This document shows, piece by piece, positions 47,995 through 57,916 of a DNA stretch of 64,000 nucleotides (positions are counted from its first letter, which is position 1; each line of letters opens with the position of its first letter). The DNA comes from a virus (taxonomy: Duplodnaviria; Caudoviricetes). The translations under genes and the position numbers were made by a program. The notes beneath the pieces were generated by a model. That model searched no databases. It worked only from the letters and a program-made list of their open reading frames with translations, and was not told the origin of the DNA. The stretch spans positions 138,520 through 202,519 of IMG/VR virus record IMGVR_UViG_3300020471_000006; one strand, 5' to 3'.

Positions 47995-48828
47995 ATGCCC
48001 AGAACACTAAAATCACTGAAGACACCACTGCGTTATCCAGGAGGGAAGAGCAGAGCGATAGTAAAGTTGCTGCAATACCTCCCAGACCTTACCCAGGTAA
48101 AAGAGTTTCGTGAACCCTTTTTAGGTGGTGGGTCAGTAGCATTAGAAATTACAAAAAGGTATCCTCACATTGAGATATGGGTCAATGATCTATATGAACC
48201 TCTAGCAAATTTCTGGCAAATATTACAACATGATGGTGAAAAATTACAAGATGAACTTAAACAAATTAAGAAAGAATATCATACTCCCGATCTGGCAAGG
48301 GACATCTTTACCAGATCTAAAGAGTATTTGTCCACGGAAGAAACTGATCCCTTCCGTCGTGCTGTCAGTTTTTATATTGTCAATAAGTGCAGTTTTAGTG
48401 GTCTCACAGAATCTTCGTCGTTCTCAAAACAAGCAAGTGAGTCCAACTTCTCCATCAATGGAATTGAAAGACTCATGGAATACTCCGAGCTTATTGAAGG
48501 ATGGAAAATTACCAATGACACCTACGAATCCCTTCTAACAGATAAGAAGGATGTATTCGTTTATCTTGATCCACCCTATGATATTAAGATTCCTATCTAT
48601 GGGAAGAGGGGTGCTATGCACAAGTACTTTGATCATGATAAGTTTGCTTACGATTGTGACAATCATACTGCTCCTATGTTAATATCATATAACAGTAGTC
48701 AGGTAGTAAGAGACAGATTCAAAGATTGGAATGCTGCTGAGTTCGATCACACTTACAGCATGCGTACTGTTGGTGACTATATGAGGGAACAGCAAGACCG
48801 TAAGGAACTGGTTCTTTTGAACTACTGA
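47995..48828 (+). CDS. dam: DNA adenine methyltransferase (Dam/D12 class)
   Basis: LRYPGGKS, EPFLGGGSV, VNDL, YLDPPY. Confidence 0.92.
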   Translation: MPRTLKSLKTPLRYPGGKSRAIVKLLQYLPDLTQVKEFREPFLGGGSVALEITKRYPHIEIWVNDLYEPLANFWQILQHDGEKLQDELKQIKKEYHTPDLARDIFTRSKEYLSTEETDPFRRAVSFYIVNKCSFSGLTESSSFSKQASESNFSINGIERLMEYSELIEGWKITNDTYESLLTDKKDVFVYLDPPYDIKIPIYGKRGAMHKYFDHDKFAYDCDNHTAPMLISYNSSQVVRDRFKDWNAAEFDHTYSMRTVGDYMREQQDRKELVLLNY

Positions 48829-48830
48829 AC

Positions 48831-48883
48831 CAGTTGAAGAACTGTCACATTTTATTGTCACAACACACACCCTTTGCTATAAT
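48831..48883 (+). promoter_or_regulatory. Phage early-type promoter, copy 3
   Basis: CAGTT-N6-CTGTCACA, then TGCTATAAT. Confidence 0.6.
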
Positions 48884-48909
48884 ACATACAGATAACAAAG
48901 GTACTAACT

Positions 48910-49053
48910 ATGAGATGCGAAGTGAAACTCTATGTTGCTGGCAGAGTCTATAGTGAGTTTGTCGAAGCACGTGATTATCAGGAGGCACGTCAGGTTGCAG
49001 AAGTACGCAACCCACATGCTAAAGTAATGTCTGTGAATGCTGTATTCAAATGA
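48910..49053 (+). CDS. Small hypothetical protein (47 aa)
   Basis: Hand translation MRCEVKLYVAGRVYSEFVEARDYQEARQVAEVRNPHAKVMSVNAVFK. Confidence 0.6.
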   Translation: MRCEVKLYVAGRVYSEFVEARDYQEARQVAEVRNPHAKVMSVNAVFK

Positions 49054-49154
49054 GCAAAACTAATCTACAAGAAAAGATTTCAATAGCAAAAAAGCGAATC
49101 GATGAGTTACTTTTGTTGATCGCACACTGGAAAAAACAAGACGAGGCAAAATGA
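49050..49154 (+). CDS. Microprotein (34 aa)
   Basis: MSKTNLQEKISIAKKRIDELLLLIAHWKKQDEAK; ATGA overlaps at both ends. Confidence 0.5.
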   Translation: MSKTNLQEKISIAKKRIDELLLLIAHWKKQDEAK

Positions 49155-49330
49155 TTTTAGTTTTTATAATCGTAGGATTATTGTTCTTTATTATGGGGTA
49201 TGGATTGTACCTTACAATAGGACCAGGTAAAAAAGATCTAAGAGATCCTATTGACGAGCATGCTAAGATGCATGAGTTAGGTATTGCACACTCACATAAA
49301 GAAGGAACATACAGAGCCCTTAATAAATGA
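49151..49330 (+). CDS. psbN: PsbN-like protein with His-rich tail (59 aa)
   Basis: Hand translation MILVFIIVGLLFFIMGYGLYLTIGPGKKDLRDPIDEHAKMHELGIAHSHKEGTYRALNK; TM helix + GY.LY...GP....L.DP..EH is the PsbN signature. Confidence 0.7.
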   Translation: MILVFIIVGLLFFIMGYGLYLTIGPGKKDLRDPIDEHAKMHELGIAHSHKEGTYRALNK

Positions 49331-49725
49331 AATATCAGTTAAAGGATTATCTCTACACCATCAATCAAACAAAAAAGAATTTGATGGATGAAGACAGTGA
49401 TGCTATAAAAAATTACACACCCTATGTGGTTAATCGGTGTCTGTCTTCATTTACAGATGCCATTCTTTATGCCAATGAAATGAATAAGTCTACACACCTT
49501 CCTAAGAAGATGCAGTACGACTTTTATATAAATAGTCTCAAGCCTAGAAAGCGTTTTTCGCCATGGGCACGTAAAGATTCTATTGATTATCTTGACGTAG
49601 TTAAAGAGTATTATGGTTATAATGATGATAAAGCTCTTCAAGCACTCAGGATTCTCACCAAGGATCAGATTGAACATATAACATATTCATTGAGAAAGGG
49701 TGGAAACAATGAGCGTCGAAACTGA
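49327..49725 (+). CDS. gp62: Clamp loader small subunit gp62
   Basis: YTPYVVNRCLS, QYDFYINS, VKEYYGY...KA.QAL.IL. Confidence 0.9.
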   Translation: MKYQLKDYLYTINQTKKNLMDEDSDAIKNYTPYVVNRCLSSFTDAILYANEMNKSTHLPKKMQYDFYINSLKPRKRFSPWARKDSIDYLDVVKEYYGYNDDKALQALRILTKDQIEHITYSLRKGGNNERRN

Positions 49726-50131
49726 GATCCAGTGGAAACAATCAGACATGATTGAAGTCATGCTGAGTGAACCAGATGATTTTCTGAAAGTGAGAGAGAC
49801 TTTAACTCGGATAGGAGTAGCATCTCGTAAAGAAAAAAAGATTTATCAATCTTGCCATATCCTACACAAGCAAGGTAAGTATTACATAGTTCATTTTAAG
49901 GAACTGTTTGCTTTGGATGGTAAGAAAACTAACTTATCAACAAATGATGTGCAACGTCGTAATAGAATTGTGCAGTTACTATCTGATTGGGGGTTGATTA
50001 AAATTTCTGATAGTAATGCTGTGCTTGACCTAGCACCTCTTAATCAAATAAAAGTGTTGTCATTCAAAGAAAAGGGTGACTGGACATTAGAAAGCAAGTA
50101 TAATATTGGCAGAAAGAAAACTGAATCTTGA
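49709..50131 (+). CDS. regA: Translational repressor RegA
   Basis: PDDFLKVRETLTRIGVAS, QSCHILHKQGKYYIVHFKELFALDG. Confidence 0.96.
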   Translation: MSVETEIQWKQSDMIEVMLSEPDDFLKVRETLTRIGVASRKEKKIYQSCHILHKQGKYYIVHFKELFALDGKKTNLSTNDVQRRNRIVQLLSDWGLIKISDSNAVLDLAPLNQIKVLSFKEKGDWTLESKYNIGRKKTES

Positions 50132-50847
50132 CTGATGAAATAAATGCTCTTGTTATAAAAGAGCAACGTGGTAAATTACATAGATGGAAAACTTGGGAAC
50201 CTAAGACACCATTTGCACCCACCGTAGATGCACATTTGTGGGTAGATTCTTATGGTCCTTTATTAGCAAAGGAGCTTCAAGTATTAATAAAGGAAACACG
50301 TATAGGTAATGTATCAGAAGGTTCGTTTTTAGTAGGACAAGACTTTAAGAAGTGGTGGACAAAGTATAATATTTTTAGTTGGACTGAGTGGACAGTGTTG
50401 TCTATGCTCAGAGAAAGAATTTATATAAGTTATGTAGATTACTGTAAGACACTTGAAATAGAACCATTACAGAGAAAGGATTTGTGGGTTAGAGGATGGT
50501 TTGTAAGACTTGAACAAGGTGATCATATAGGAATGCATTCACACTCTCTACACGAGAATACATTTCTTAGTGGAAACATGAGTCTTAGTACGAATGATAC
50601 TACCACAGATTATTGGATCCCATTGTTTAGTTTGTATCATGGTTATTTCAGAGTAAAGAATGATCCAGGTAATATATGTTTGTTTCCTTCGTGGTTACAA
50701 CATAGGGTTGATCGTCTTAAGGATAGACAGGTACGGTATACCCTAGCATTTGATTTGTTTACTAAAGAATCATTTAATTATATCGAAAAAACCGAAACAA
50801 AAGGTGAGGATCTTGCTAAAATAATCCTGTTGTCAACTAAGTTGTAG
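50128..50847 (+). CDS. 2OG-Fe(II) oxygenase-like protein
   Basis: W...L..GD.I.MHSH, LFPSWLQHRV, RYTLAFD; TTG start. Confidence 0.7.
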   Translation: MTDEINALVIKEQRGKLHRWKTWEPKTPFAPTVDAHLWVDSYGPLLAKELQVLIKETRIGNVSEGSFLVGQDFKKWWTKYNIFSWTEWTVLSMLRERIYISYVDYCKTLEIEPLQRKDLWVRGWFVRLEQGDHIGMHSHSLHENTFLSGNMSLSTNDTTTDYWIPLFSLYHGYFRVKNDPGNICLFPSWLQHRVDRLKDRQVRYTLAFDLFTKESFNYIEKTETKGEDLAKIILLSTKL

Positions 50848-50862
50848 TGTGGTTAAATAGTA

Positions 50863-50881
50863 GTGTCGCCGAAAGGGACAC
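50863..50881 (+). promoter_or_regulatory. GNRA-capped hairpin in the hsp20 leader
   Basis: GTGTC(G)CC-GAAA-GGGACAC, just after TTAAATA. Confidence 0.45.
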
Positions 50882-50912
50882 AATTACACTCGCTTAGAAA
50901 AGGAGAACTATC

Positions 50913-51341
50913 ATGGGTAACCTAACAAGGTATCATGCTGCGGATTTGCCACAGCTACTAGACAGAATAAACAAGAACTCTATCGGAATGGAAGATTTTT
51001 TCGATGGATTTTTTAATGCAACAACAGATAACTATCCACCATATAATCTGGTATCTGTGAACAACATTGAATCCAAACTAGAGATCGCTCTTGCTGGTTT
51101 CAAGAAAGAAGAGGTTGCAGTTTACACAGAGTATGGTAAACTACATGTAGAAGGCAAGAAAGAAAACACAGACACAGAGACAGAATACCATCACAGAGGA
51201 CTAGCACAGAGATCTTTCAAGAGGTCATGGTCTATTTCAGATGATGTAGAAATCAGGTCTGTTGAGTTTCAAGATGGTCTTCTTTCTGTTAGACTAGGCA
51301 AAATCATTCCAGAGCATCATGCGAGGAAAGATTGGCTTTGA
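50913..51341 (+). CDS. hsp20: Small heat shock protein
   Basis: NYPPYNL, LEIALAGF, HRGLAQRSF.R.W, DGLL.V.L; AAGGAG ribosome-binding site. Confidence 0.94.
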   Translation: MGNLTRYHAADLPQLLDRINKNSIGMEDFFDGFFNATTDNYPPYNLVSVNNIESKLEIALAGFKKEEVAVYTEYGKLHVEGKKENTDTETEYHHRGLAQRSFKRSWSISDDVEIRSVEFQDGLLSVRLGKIIPEHHARKDWL

Positions 51342-51342
51342 C

Positions 51343-51371
51343 TTGACAGGTTGTTAAATATACTGTATACT
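51343..51371 (+). promoter_or_regulatory. Sigma70 promoter upstream of the gp43 unit
   Basis: TTGACA-17nt-TATACT. Confidence 0.8.
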
Positions 51372-51395
51372 ATTAAAATCGTAGAAAAATAAATT

Positions 51396-51881
51396 ATGAC
51401 GGATTCAGCTGCGACAGCAACACCACCTGTCCAGGATGGTGGACAACCTGCTGCACCACCAACAATACAACATAATATTCGTATCGTGACACTAGCATCA
51501 GGAGAGAATGTTATCTGCAACTTCACTCAGGTTCGTGAGGAAGATAAGTTTGTAGCATATCAAATGTTATATCCTTTGATCACTACCCTTACAGTGGATG
51601 GCGAAGAAGGTTCACCTGATGCTACTTATCGTGTGGATTATAGAAGGTGGAATGTTTTCACACCTTATGAAGACTTCCGAATTAACCCACAACATGTGGT
51701 GACTGCCATGCCTCCAAATGTGGAGATCATGACAAATTATGTACAGAAGTTAAAGGATGCTGGAGTTGATCTAGGATTCCTACCTAATAATGGAGAGGAC
51801 ATTTTAAATGCAGGAGGAACAACAGGAGAATCGAGTGCAGCTGCTGCTACTGCGGGACCAGTGGGTAGTAGCCCGAGTTGA
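51396..51881 (+). CDS. Hypothetical protein
   Basis: 161 aa ORF, IRIVTLASGENVI. Confidence 0.65.
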   Translation: MTDSAATATPPVQDGGQPAAPPTIQHNIRIVTLASGENVICNFTQVREEDKFVAYQMLYPLITTLTVDGEEGSPDATYRVDYRRWNVFTPYEDFRINPQHVVTAMPPNVEIMTNYVQKLKDAGVDLGFLPNNGEDILNAGGTTGESSAAAATAGPVGSSPS

Positions 51882-52074
51882 AGAACTGGGTGGTGTAGAG
51901 TTTGGTGACCCAGACTGTGTACTATACAACCCTAAAGAAGTGAAAGAAGATGGTGAATTAATACCTTGGCCTCCTCACTCTGAGGATGCTGAGGTTGTCA
52001 TTAGGTCATCTGATATATTAGTATTGGTTAGTCCAAGTAAGAAAGTTCTTGCTCGTTACATTGAATCTGAATGA
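51808..52074 (+). CDS. Hypothetical protein
   Basis: 88 aa ORF with ATGA coupling to gp43. Confidence 0.6.
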   Translation: MQEEQQENRVQLLLLRDQWVVARVEELGGVEFGDPDCVLYNPKEVKEDGELIPWPPHSEDAEVVIRSSDILVLVSPSKKVLARYIESE

Positions 52075-54560
52075 AATTCTACACTAATGTTGAACAAGCT
52101 GGCAATCGCTTGCTAGTGCGTGGTTATGAATCTGGTGTTGCATTCTCATACAGGGTGGCTTATAACCCCACCCTGTATGTTCCTACAAAAAATTATTCAG
52201 AGTGGAGAACACTTGAAGGTGATTGTGTAGAACCACTTCCGTTGGGTTCCATTAAGGAAGCACGTGAGTTTGTTAAAGAATATAAAGATGTACCAGACTT
52301 TGATATCTATGGTAATACTAGGTATCTCTATCAGTACATTCTAAATGAGCATCCAGAGGATCAAATAAAATTTGACACGTCAAAGATACGTGTCTTTAAC
52401 ATAGATATTGAGACAGGTGCTGAGAATGGGTTTCCCGATATCGAATCAGCAGATCAAGAAATATTAGCGATCAGTATTAAGGACTCTTACACTGGTCGCA
52501 TTGTTGTCTTTGGGGCAAGACCATTTGACAACAAGCATGATGATGTAGATTACATGCATTTCAGAACAGAAGAGTCCATGTTGACTGCATTCTTACAGTA
52601 CTGGAATGAAAATTTTCCTGATGTTATTACGGGCTGGAACGTACAGCTTTTTGATATTCCCTATATCGCTCGCCGTATTGATAGGATACTCGGTGAGAGG
52701 GCTGCTAAGAGTCTTAGCCCTTGGAAACTTATATCTCGTAGGGAAATCTATATCAGGGGAAGGAAGCAAATCGCTTACGACCTACCAGGAATTGCTTGTC
52801 TGGATTATCTCCAACTATACAGGAAATTCACTTATACAAACCAAGAAAGCTTTAGGTTGGATCACATCTGTATGGTTGAACTTGGAGCGAGAAAGTTAGA
52901 TCACTCTGAATTTGAAACCTTTAAAGATTTCTATGAGAATGATTGGCAGAAGTTTATTGATTACAACATCCATGACGTTAGGTTGGTAGATCAACTTGAT
53001 GACAAGATGAAACTATTAGACCTTGCGTTTACTATGGCATATGATGCTAAGGTAAACTATGAGGATGTATTCTCACAGGTGAGGATGTGGGATAATTACA
53101 TCTATTGTGAGTTAAATAAAAGAAAGATTGCTATCCCTCCTAAGAAGGAAGCAACTAAAGATATACAATACGCAGGAGCATATGTCAAAGAACCGAAACC
53201 AGGAGGCTATGACTGGATTGTTAATTTTGACCTCAATAGCCTCTATCCTCATCTTATTATGCAATACAATATCTCACCAGAGACCCTCTGGGAGACTAGA
53301 CACAGTAGTGCCAGTGTTGAAGGGATCCTAAACAAAGAGATTGAGGTCAACCCTGAGTTTGCTACATGTGCTAATGGAGCACAGTACAGAAAGGATGTAC
53401 AAGGGTTCCTACCATTGATGATGCAGAAGATGTATGACTCTAGAGTCATATTCAAGAAGAAAATGATTGAGGCGAAGAAGCAGTATGAGAAGACACCCAC
53501 GCCTGATCTTGTCAAAGAGATTGCCAGGTGTAACAACATCCAAATGGCAAAGAAGATATCTCTTAATAGTGCTTATGGTGCTATCGGCAATGAGCACTTC
53601 AGGTATTATAGGTTAGCAAACGCTGAGGCCATTACACTATCTGGTCAGGTTTCTATTCGATGGATAGAGAACAAGATTAATGCTTATCTAAATAAACTAC
53701 TCTCTACAAATAATGAGGATTACGTAGTTGCATCAGATACCGACTCGATCTATCTTAATCTCGGACCTCTTGTTACTAAATTTTTTAGTAATAAGTCTGA
53801 CGATAAGGTTCGGATCGTGGAAATACTTGACAAGATCTGTAAGGATAAGTTGGAACCGTTCATTGATGCCTCGTATGAGGAGCTTGCGTCGTATGTGGAA
53901 GCGTATGATCAAAAGATGATCATGAAGAGGGAGAACATTGCCGAGCGTGGTATATGGACTGCCAAGAAGCGATACATACTTAACGTATGGGACTCCGAAG
54001 GTGTTCGATACAAAGAACCCAAGATGAAAATCATGGGTCTAGAAACCGCTAGGTCATCGACACCAGCATTTTATCGGGAGAAACTATATGAAGCTTATAA
54101 GATCATTGTCAGCAAAACAAATGATGACCTTATCTCTTTTGTCAATGCAGTCAGAGCAGAAACCAGAAAAAGACCAATCGAAGAAATCTCCTTCCCAAGA
54201 ACAGTCTCAGGTTTTGAGAGATACAGCCACAGAACTGACATCTATGGTCCAAGCACACCAATCCAAGTCAGAGGAGCACTCCTCTACAACCACTACTTAA
54301 AGAAACATAAGATTCAAAACAAGCATCAGGCGATGCAGGATGGCGAGAAGATAAAATATGTTTATCTTAACATGCCAAATCCAATACATGAGAATGCTAT
54401 CAGTTTCTTTAATGAGATACCAGAGGAGTTTGGTTTGTCTTCCTTTATTGACTATAAACTACAGTTTGATAAGGGATTCTTGCTTCCTCTGGAAAAGGTG
54501 CTAAACTGTATAGGATGGCACACAACTAAAAAAATAACACTCGGAGCTTTTTTTGAATGA
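52071..54560 (+). CDS. gp43: Family B DNA polymerase gp43
   Basis: DIET, GWNV..FD, YNIHDV, FDLNSLYPH, KISLNSAYG, SDTDSIY, KKRY. Confidence 0.97.
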   Translation: MKFYTNVEQAGNRLLVRGYESGVAFSYRVAYNPTLYVPTKNYSEWRTLEGDCVEPLPLGSIKEAREFVKEYKDVPDFDIYGNTRYLYQYILNEHPEDQIKFDTSKIRVFNIDIETGAENGFPDIESADQEILAISIKDSYTGRIVVFGARPFDNKHDDVDYMHFRTEESMLTAFLQYWNENFPDVITGWNVQLFDIPYIARRIDRILGERAAKSLSPWKLISRREIYIRGRKQIAYDLPGIACLDYLQLYRKFTYTNQESFRLDHICMVELGARKLDHSEFETFKDFYENDWQKFIDYNIHDVRLVDQLDDKMKLLDLAFTMAYDAKVNYEDVFSQVRMWDNYIYCELNKRKIAIPPKKEATKDIQYAGAYVKEPKPGGYDWIVNFDLNSLYPHLIMQYNISPETLWETRHSSASVEGILNKEIEVNPEFATCANGAQYRKDVQGFLPLMMQKMYDSRVIFKKKMIEAKKQYEKTPTPDLVKEIARCNNIQMAKKISLNSAYGAIGNEHFRYYRLANAEAITLSGQVSIRWIENKINAYLNKLLSTNNEDYVVASDTDSIYLNLGPLVTKFFSNKSDDKVRIVEILDKICKDKLEPFIDASYEELASYVEAYDQKMIMKRENIAERGIWTAKKRYILNVWDSEGVRYKEPKMKIMGLETARSSTPAFYREKLYEAYKIIVSKTNDDLISFVNAVRAETRKRPIEEISFPRTVSGFERYSHRTDIYGPSTPIQVRGALLYNHYLKKHKIQNKHQAMQDGEKIKYVYLNMPNPIHENAISFFNEIPEEFGLSSFIDYKLQFDKGFLLPLEKVLNCIGWHTTKKITLGAFFE

Positions 54561-54733
54561 GTAAAACAGTATGGACTGTGACGTATCAAGATGCCCAAGT
54601 AGAGGCACTTGATTCAGATCAGATTAGAGTTTTTGAAGAGCGTGAGGCCGCAAGGTTTTATGCCCAACAACTATCTTTAAAATATGATTATGTTAATATG
54701 TACGAAAGTGAGGTGAGTAAATGGGCTTCCTAG
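54557..54733 (+). CDS. Small hypothetical protein (58 aa)
   Basis: Hand translation [58 protein letters not shown]. Confidence 0.55.
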   Translation: MSKTVWTVTYQDAQVEALDSDQIRVFEEREAARFYAQQLSLKYDYVNMYESEVSKWAS

Positions 54734-55734
54734 ATACTGTAATAAAAGATAGTGGGAATGAGTTTGCAAGTAGGGTCAGTGACGGAGTGGCTGCTGGAGA
54801 TACATCCAGTTTTGTTGATACAGGTAGCTATATTTTTAATGCTGTCGTTAGCGGTTCTCTTTTCGGTGGCATTCCCTCCAACAAAGTTACAGCACTCGCA
54901 GGAGAATCCTCAACAGGAAAAACTTTCTTTGCCCTTAGTGTTGTACGTAACTTTCTTGATAACAATAGCAACGGTGGGGTTATTTATTTTGAGTCTGAGT
55001 CTGCTCTCTCGAAGGATATTATTGAATCCAGAGGAATTGATTCTAAACGTATGGTCATCTTCCCTGTTGCTACGATAGAAGAGTTCAGGACTCAGGCAAC
55101 TAGGATTGTTGACAAGTATATGAAGGAACCAAAGGATCAGCGTCAACCATTGATGTTTGTCCTTGACAGTCTTGGTATGCTTAGTACATCAAAAGAGATG
55201 GATGACATCTCCAATGATAAACAGGTCAGAGATATGACCAAATCACAGTTAATTAAGGGTGCATTCAGGGTATTGACCTTGAAACTAGGACAGGCAGGTA
55301 TCCCAATGATTGTTACCAATCACACATATGATGTGATCGGATCCTATGTGCCAGCTAAAGAAATGGGTGGTGGTAGTGGACTAAAGTACGCTGCATCTAC
55401 TATAATATATTTGTCTAAATCGAAAGAGAAGGACGGTACTGACGTGGTGGGCAACATCATTAAGTGCGAAGCAAAAAAATCACGATTTACTCAGGAGGGT
55501 TCTAAAGTTGCTACACGATTATACTTTGACGAACGTGGATTGGACCGCTATTACGGACTCTTGGAGCTTGGTGAAAAGTATGGAGTATTCACAAGGGTGG
55601 GAAACCGTATCAAAGTTGGTGACTCTAATGTTTACCCTAAGTCTATACTCAGTAATCCTGAGAAATACTTCACAGACGAAGTGATGGCAAAATTAGAAGA
55701 AGCAGCTCGAACGGAGTATAGTTATGGCAACTGA
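54721..55734 (+). CDS. uvsX: RecA-like recombinase UvsX
   Basis: [45 protein letters not shown]. Confidence 0.96.
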   Translation: MGFLDTVIKDSGNEFASRVSDGVAAGDTSSFVDTGSYIFNAVVSGSLFGGIPSNKVTALAGESSTGKTFFALSVVRNFLDNNSNGGVIYFESESALSKDIIESRGIDSKRMVIFPVATIEEFRTQATRIVDKYMKEPKDQRQPLMFVLDSLGMLSTSKEMDDISNDKQVRDMTKSQLIKGAFRVLTLKLGQAGIPMIVTNHTYDVIGSYVPAKEMGGGSGLKYAASTIIYLSKSKEKDGTDVVGNIIKCEAKKSRFTQEGSKVATRLYFDERGLDRYYGLLELGEKYGVFTRVGNRIKVGDSNVYPKSILSNPEKYFTDEVMAKLEEAARTEYSYGN

Positions 55735-57106
55735 AAGGATTGAAGAAACTATCTTACGCAATCTTCTCTTCACTGAAGAGTACTATCGTAAGGTAGTTCC
55801 TTTCCTTAAGCCTGATTATTTTCAAGAGTTCTATGAGAGAGTAATCTTTGAAGAGATTTCTGACTTTGCATTGAAGTATGATAAACTTCCTACCCAAGAA
55901 GTTATCATTATCAATCTACAAAATCGTACTGATTTAACTGAAGATACATTCAATGAATCTCTTCAAGTTATACGTGGACTCACTGACGAATGGGTAGATT
56001 TTGAATGGATGGTCGATGCCACAGAAAAATGGTGTCAAGACCGTGCTATATATCTTGCGTTAATGCAGTCGATTAAGATTGCTGACGGTGGAGATAAGAA
56101 ACTTAGCAAGGATGCTATACCAAGTATCTTGCAAGATGCTTTAGCTGTCTCCTTTGATGAACACATTGGACATGACTACATTGAACAATCTGAAGATAGA
56201 TATGCCTTCTACCATAAAACAGAGGAGAAAATTCCCTTTGATCTGGAGAAGTTTAACTATATTACAAAAGGTGGTCTACCTAATAAGACTCTCAACATCG
56301 CTCTTGCTGGTACAGGTGTCGGGAAAAGTTTATTCATGTGCCATATGGCTAGTGCCTGTCTCACATCGGGCAGCAACGTTCTCTACATTACATGTGAGAT
56401 GGCAGAGGAAAAGATTGCTGAACGAATTGACGCAAATCTTTTAAACTGTAACATCAAAGATATACCAGAACTACCTGAAGTTCTGTATAATTCTAAGGTA
56501 CAGGAGATTGCTAGAAAGACACAGGGTAAACTTATCATTAAAGAATATCCTACTGCTTCAGCACATGCTGGACACTTTAAAGCATTGTTATCAGACTTAG
56601 CTTTAAAGAAAGATTTTAAACCACATATAATATTTGTGGATTACCTAAACATCTGTGCTTCTGCCAGATACAAAGGTGCTATTGTTAACTCTTACACTTA
56701 TGTTAAAGCGATTGCTGAGGAGCTTCGGGGTCTTGCTGTCGAGCATAACGTACCGATTGTTAGTGCTACTCAAACTACTCGTGCTGGTTATGGGTCTAGT
56801 GATCCTGACCTCACTGACACTTCAGAATCCTTTGGACTCCCTGCTACTGCTGATCTTATGTTCGCTCTCATATCTACTGAGGAATTGGAATCCCAAAACA
56901 GATTGTTAGTTAAGCAACTAAAGAATCGTTACAATGATCCTACCTCTAACAAGAAATTCTTGATAGGTATTGACAGATCGAAGATGAGGCTGTATGATGT
57001 TGCTGAGGATACATCAGTTCTAAATTCATCTGCTGAAGAAGAAGAGATGCCTCAATTTTCTGAAACTAAAAATCGATTAAGTAAATTTGCTGAATGGAAC
57101 GTTTAA
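55724..57106 (+). CDS. gp41: Replicative helicase gp41
   Basis: [47 protein letters not shown]. Confidence 0.96.
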   Translation: MATERIEETILRNLLFTEEYYRKVVPFLKPDYFQEFYERVIFEEISDFALKYDKLPTQEVIIINLQNRTDLTEDTFNESLQVIRGLTDEWVDFEWMVDATEKWCQDRAIYLALMQSIKIADGGDKKLSKDAIPSILQDALAVSFDEHIGHDYIEQSEDRYAFYHKTEEKIPFDLEKFNYITKGGLPNKTLNIALAGTGVGKSLFMCHMASACLTSGSNVLYITCEMAEEKIAERIDANLLNCNIKDIPELPEVLYNSKVQEIARKTQGKLIIKEYPTASAHAGHFKALLSDLALKKDFKPHIIFVDYLNICASARYKGAIVNSYTYVKAIAEELRGLAVEHNVPIVSATQTTRAGYGSSDPDLTDTSESFGLPATADLMFALISTEELESQNRLLVKQLKNRYNDPTSNKKFLIGIDRSKMRLYDVAEDTSVLNSSAEEEEMPQFSETKNRLSKFAEWNV

Positions 57107-57109
57107 ATT

Positions 57110-57520
57110 ATGACTAATAATGTTGACTTTGATAAGTACAGTCATTTCGTGGATGCTGTCACAAGCGATTGTTCTAAGGATTTTGTCAGTCTTGCTGACC
57201 GTATGGGTGAACTTGACAGACAAGGTGCAAATATTGAACGTCTTACCACTGCTGGCGTTGGGCTTGCTGCTGAGTCTGGTGAGTTTCTTGAGATTGTTAA
57301 GAAGATGGTGTTTCAAGGTAAACCTTGGAACGACGACAACCGAGAGCATCTTATTATTGAGTTGGGTGACGTTATGTGGTACGTAGCACAAGCATGTATG
57401 GCATTAGATGTACCATTTGATGATGTTGTTCGAGGTAATGTTAAAAAGTTAGAGAAACGTTATCCAGGTGGCAGTTTCTCTGTTGAAAAATCCGAAGTAC
57501 GAGCAAAAGGAGATCGTTAA
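57110..57520 (+). CDS. mazG: MazG-like nucleotide pyrophosphohydrolase
   Basis: GLAAESGEFLEIVKK, ELGDVMWY, NVKKLEKRYP. Confidence 0.9.
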   Translation: MTNNVDFDKYSHFVDAVTSDCSKDFVSLADRMGELDRQGANIERLTTAGVGLAAESGEFLEIVKKMVFQGKPWNDDNREHLIIELGDVMWYVAQACMALDVPFDDVVRGNVKKLEKRYPGGSFSVEKSEVRAKGDR

Positions 57521-57606
57521 TGCATTTAGTTTTACCTATAATTTGTATAGCATTGATAGTGCTAATAATAGTATACTCAGTTATTAATAAATATGACCCT
57601 CACTAA
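57520..57606 (+). CDS. 28 aa single-TM microprotein
   Basis: MHLVLPIICIALIVLIIVYSVINKYDPH; TAATG coupling to mazG. Confidence 0.4.
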   Translation: MHLVLPIICIALIVLIIVYSVINKYDPH

Positions 57607-57790
57607 AACCGTAGAAGAATCTCTAAGAGATGCACAAGAAGATTTACGTAACGCACTAGCATTTGCTGCAAGAAGTGAAAAACCTTATGTTGCTAAACAT
57701 ATTGCTAACATGCTTGCTAACATTGATAACATTATTGACTCGACAAAGATTATTGAGATGTTGGAGGATGATATCAAGGAAAGAGATTAA
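57593..57790 (+). CDS. Hypothetical protein
   Basis: VEESLRDAQEDLRNALAFAARSEKP. Confidence 0.6.
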   Translation: MTLTKTVEESLRDAQEDLRNALAFAARSEKPYVAKHIANMLANIDNIIDSTKIIEMLEDDIKERD

Positions 57791-57896
57791 GGATTATCTT
57801 AAAAAACTCAAAGAGATAAAAAAAGATCTCAAAAGAAACCCAATTGGTACACCATTACGCAAAAGGGATAGAAAGAATAGACCTTCCTCTAAATAA
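57768..57896 (+). CDS. Basic microprotein (42 aa)
   Basis: MISRKEIKDYLKKLKEIKKDLKRNP...; GGAGG upstream. Confidence 0.4.
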   Translation: MISRKEIKDYLKKLKEIKKDLKRNPIGTPLRKRDRKNRPSSK

Positions 57897-57916
57897 CTAG
57901 AAGAAGGTTTTCTATT

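Noticed and set aside
47931-48113. 60 aa plus-strand ORF before/overlapping dam
   Set aside because: Mostly overlaps the dam 5' end in another frame; no recognisable features.
22917-57106. Inteins or introns in gp17, UvsW, gp43, UvsX or gp41
   Set aside because: All have ordinary lengths and contiguous motifs; no intein splice signatures or homing endonuclease ORFs seen.
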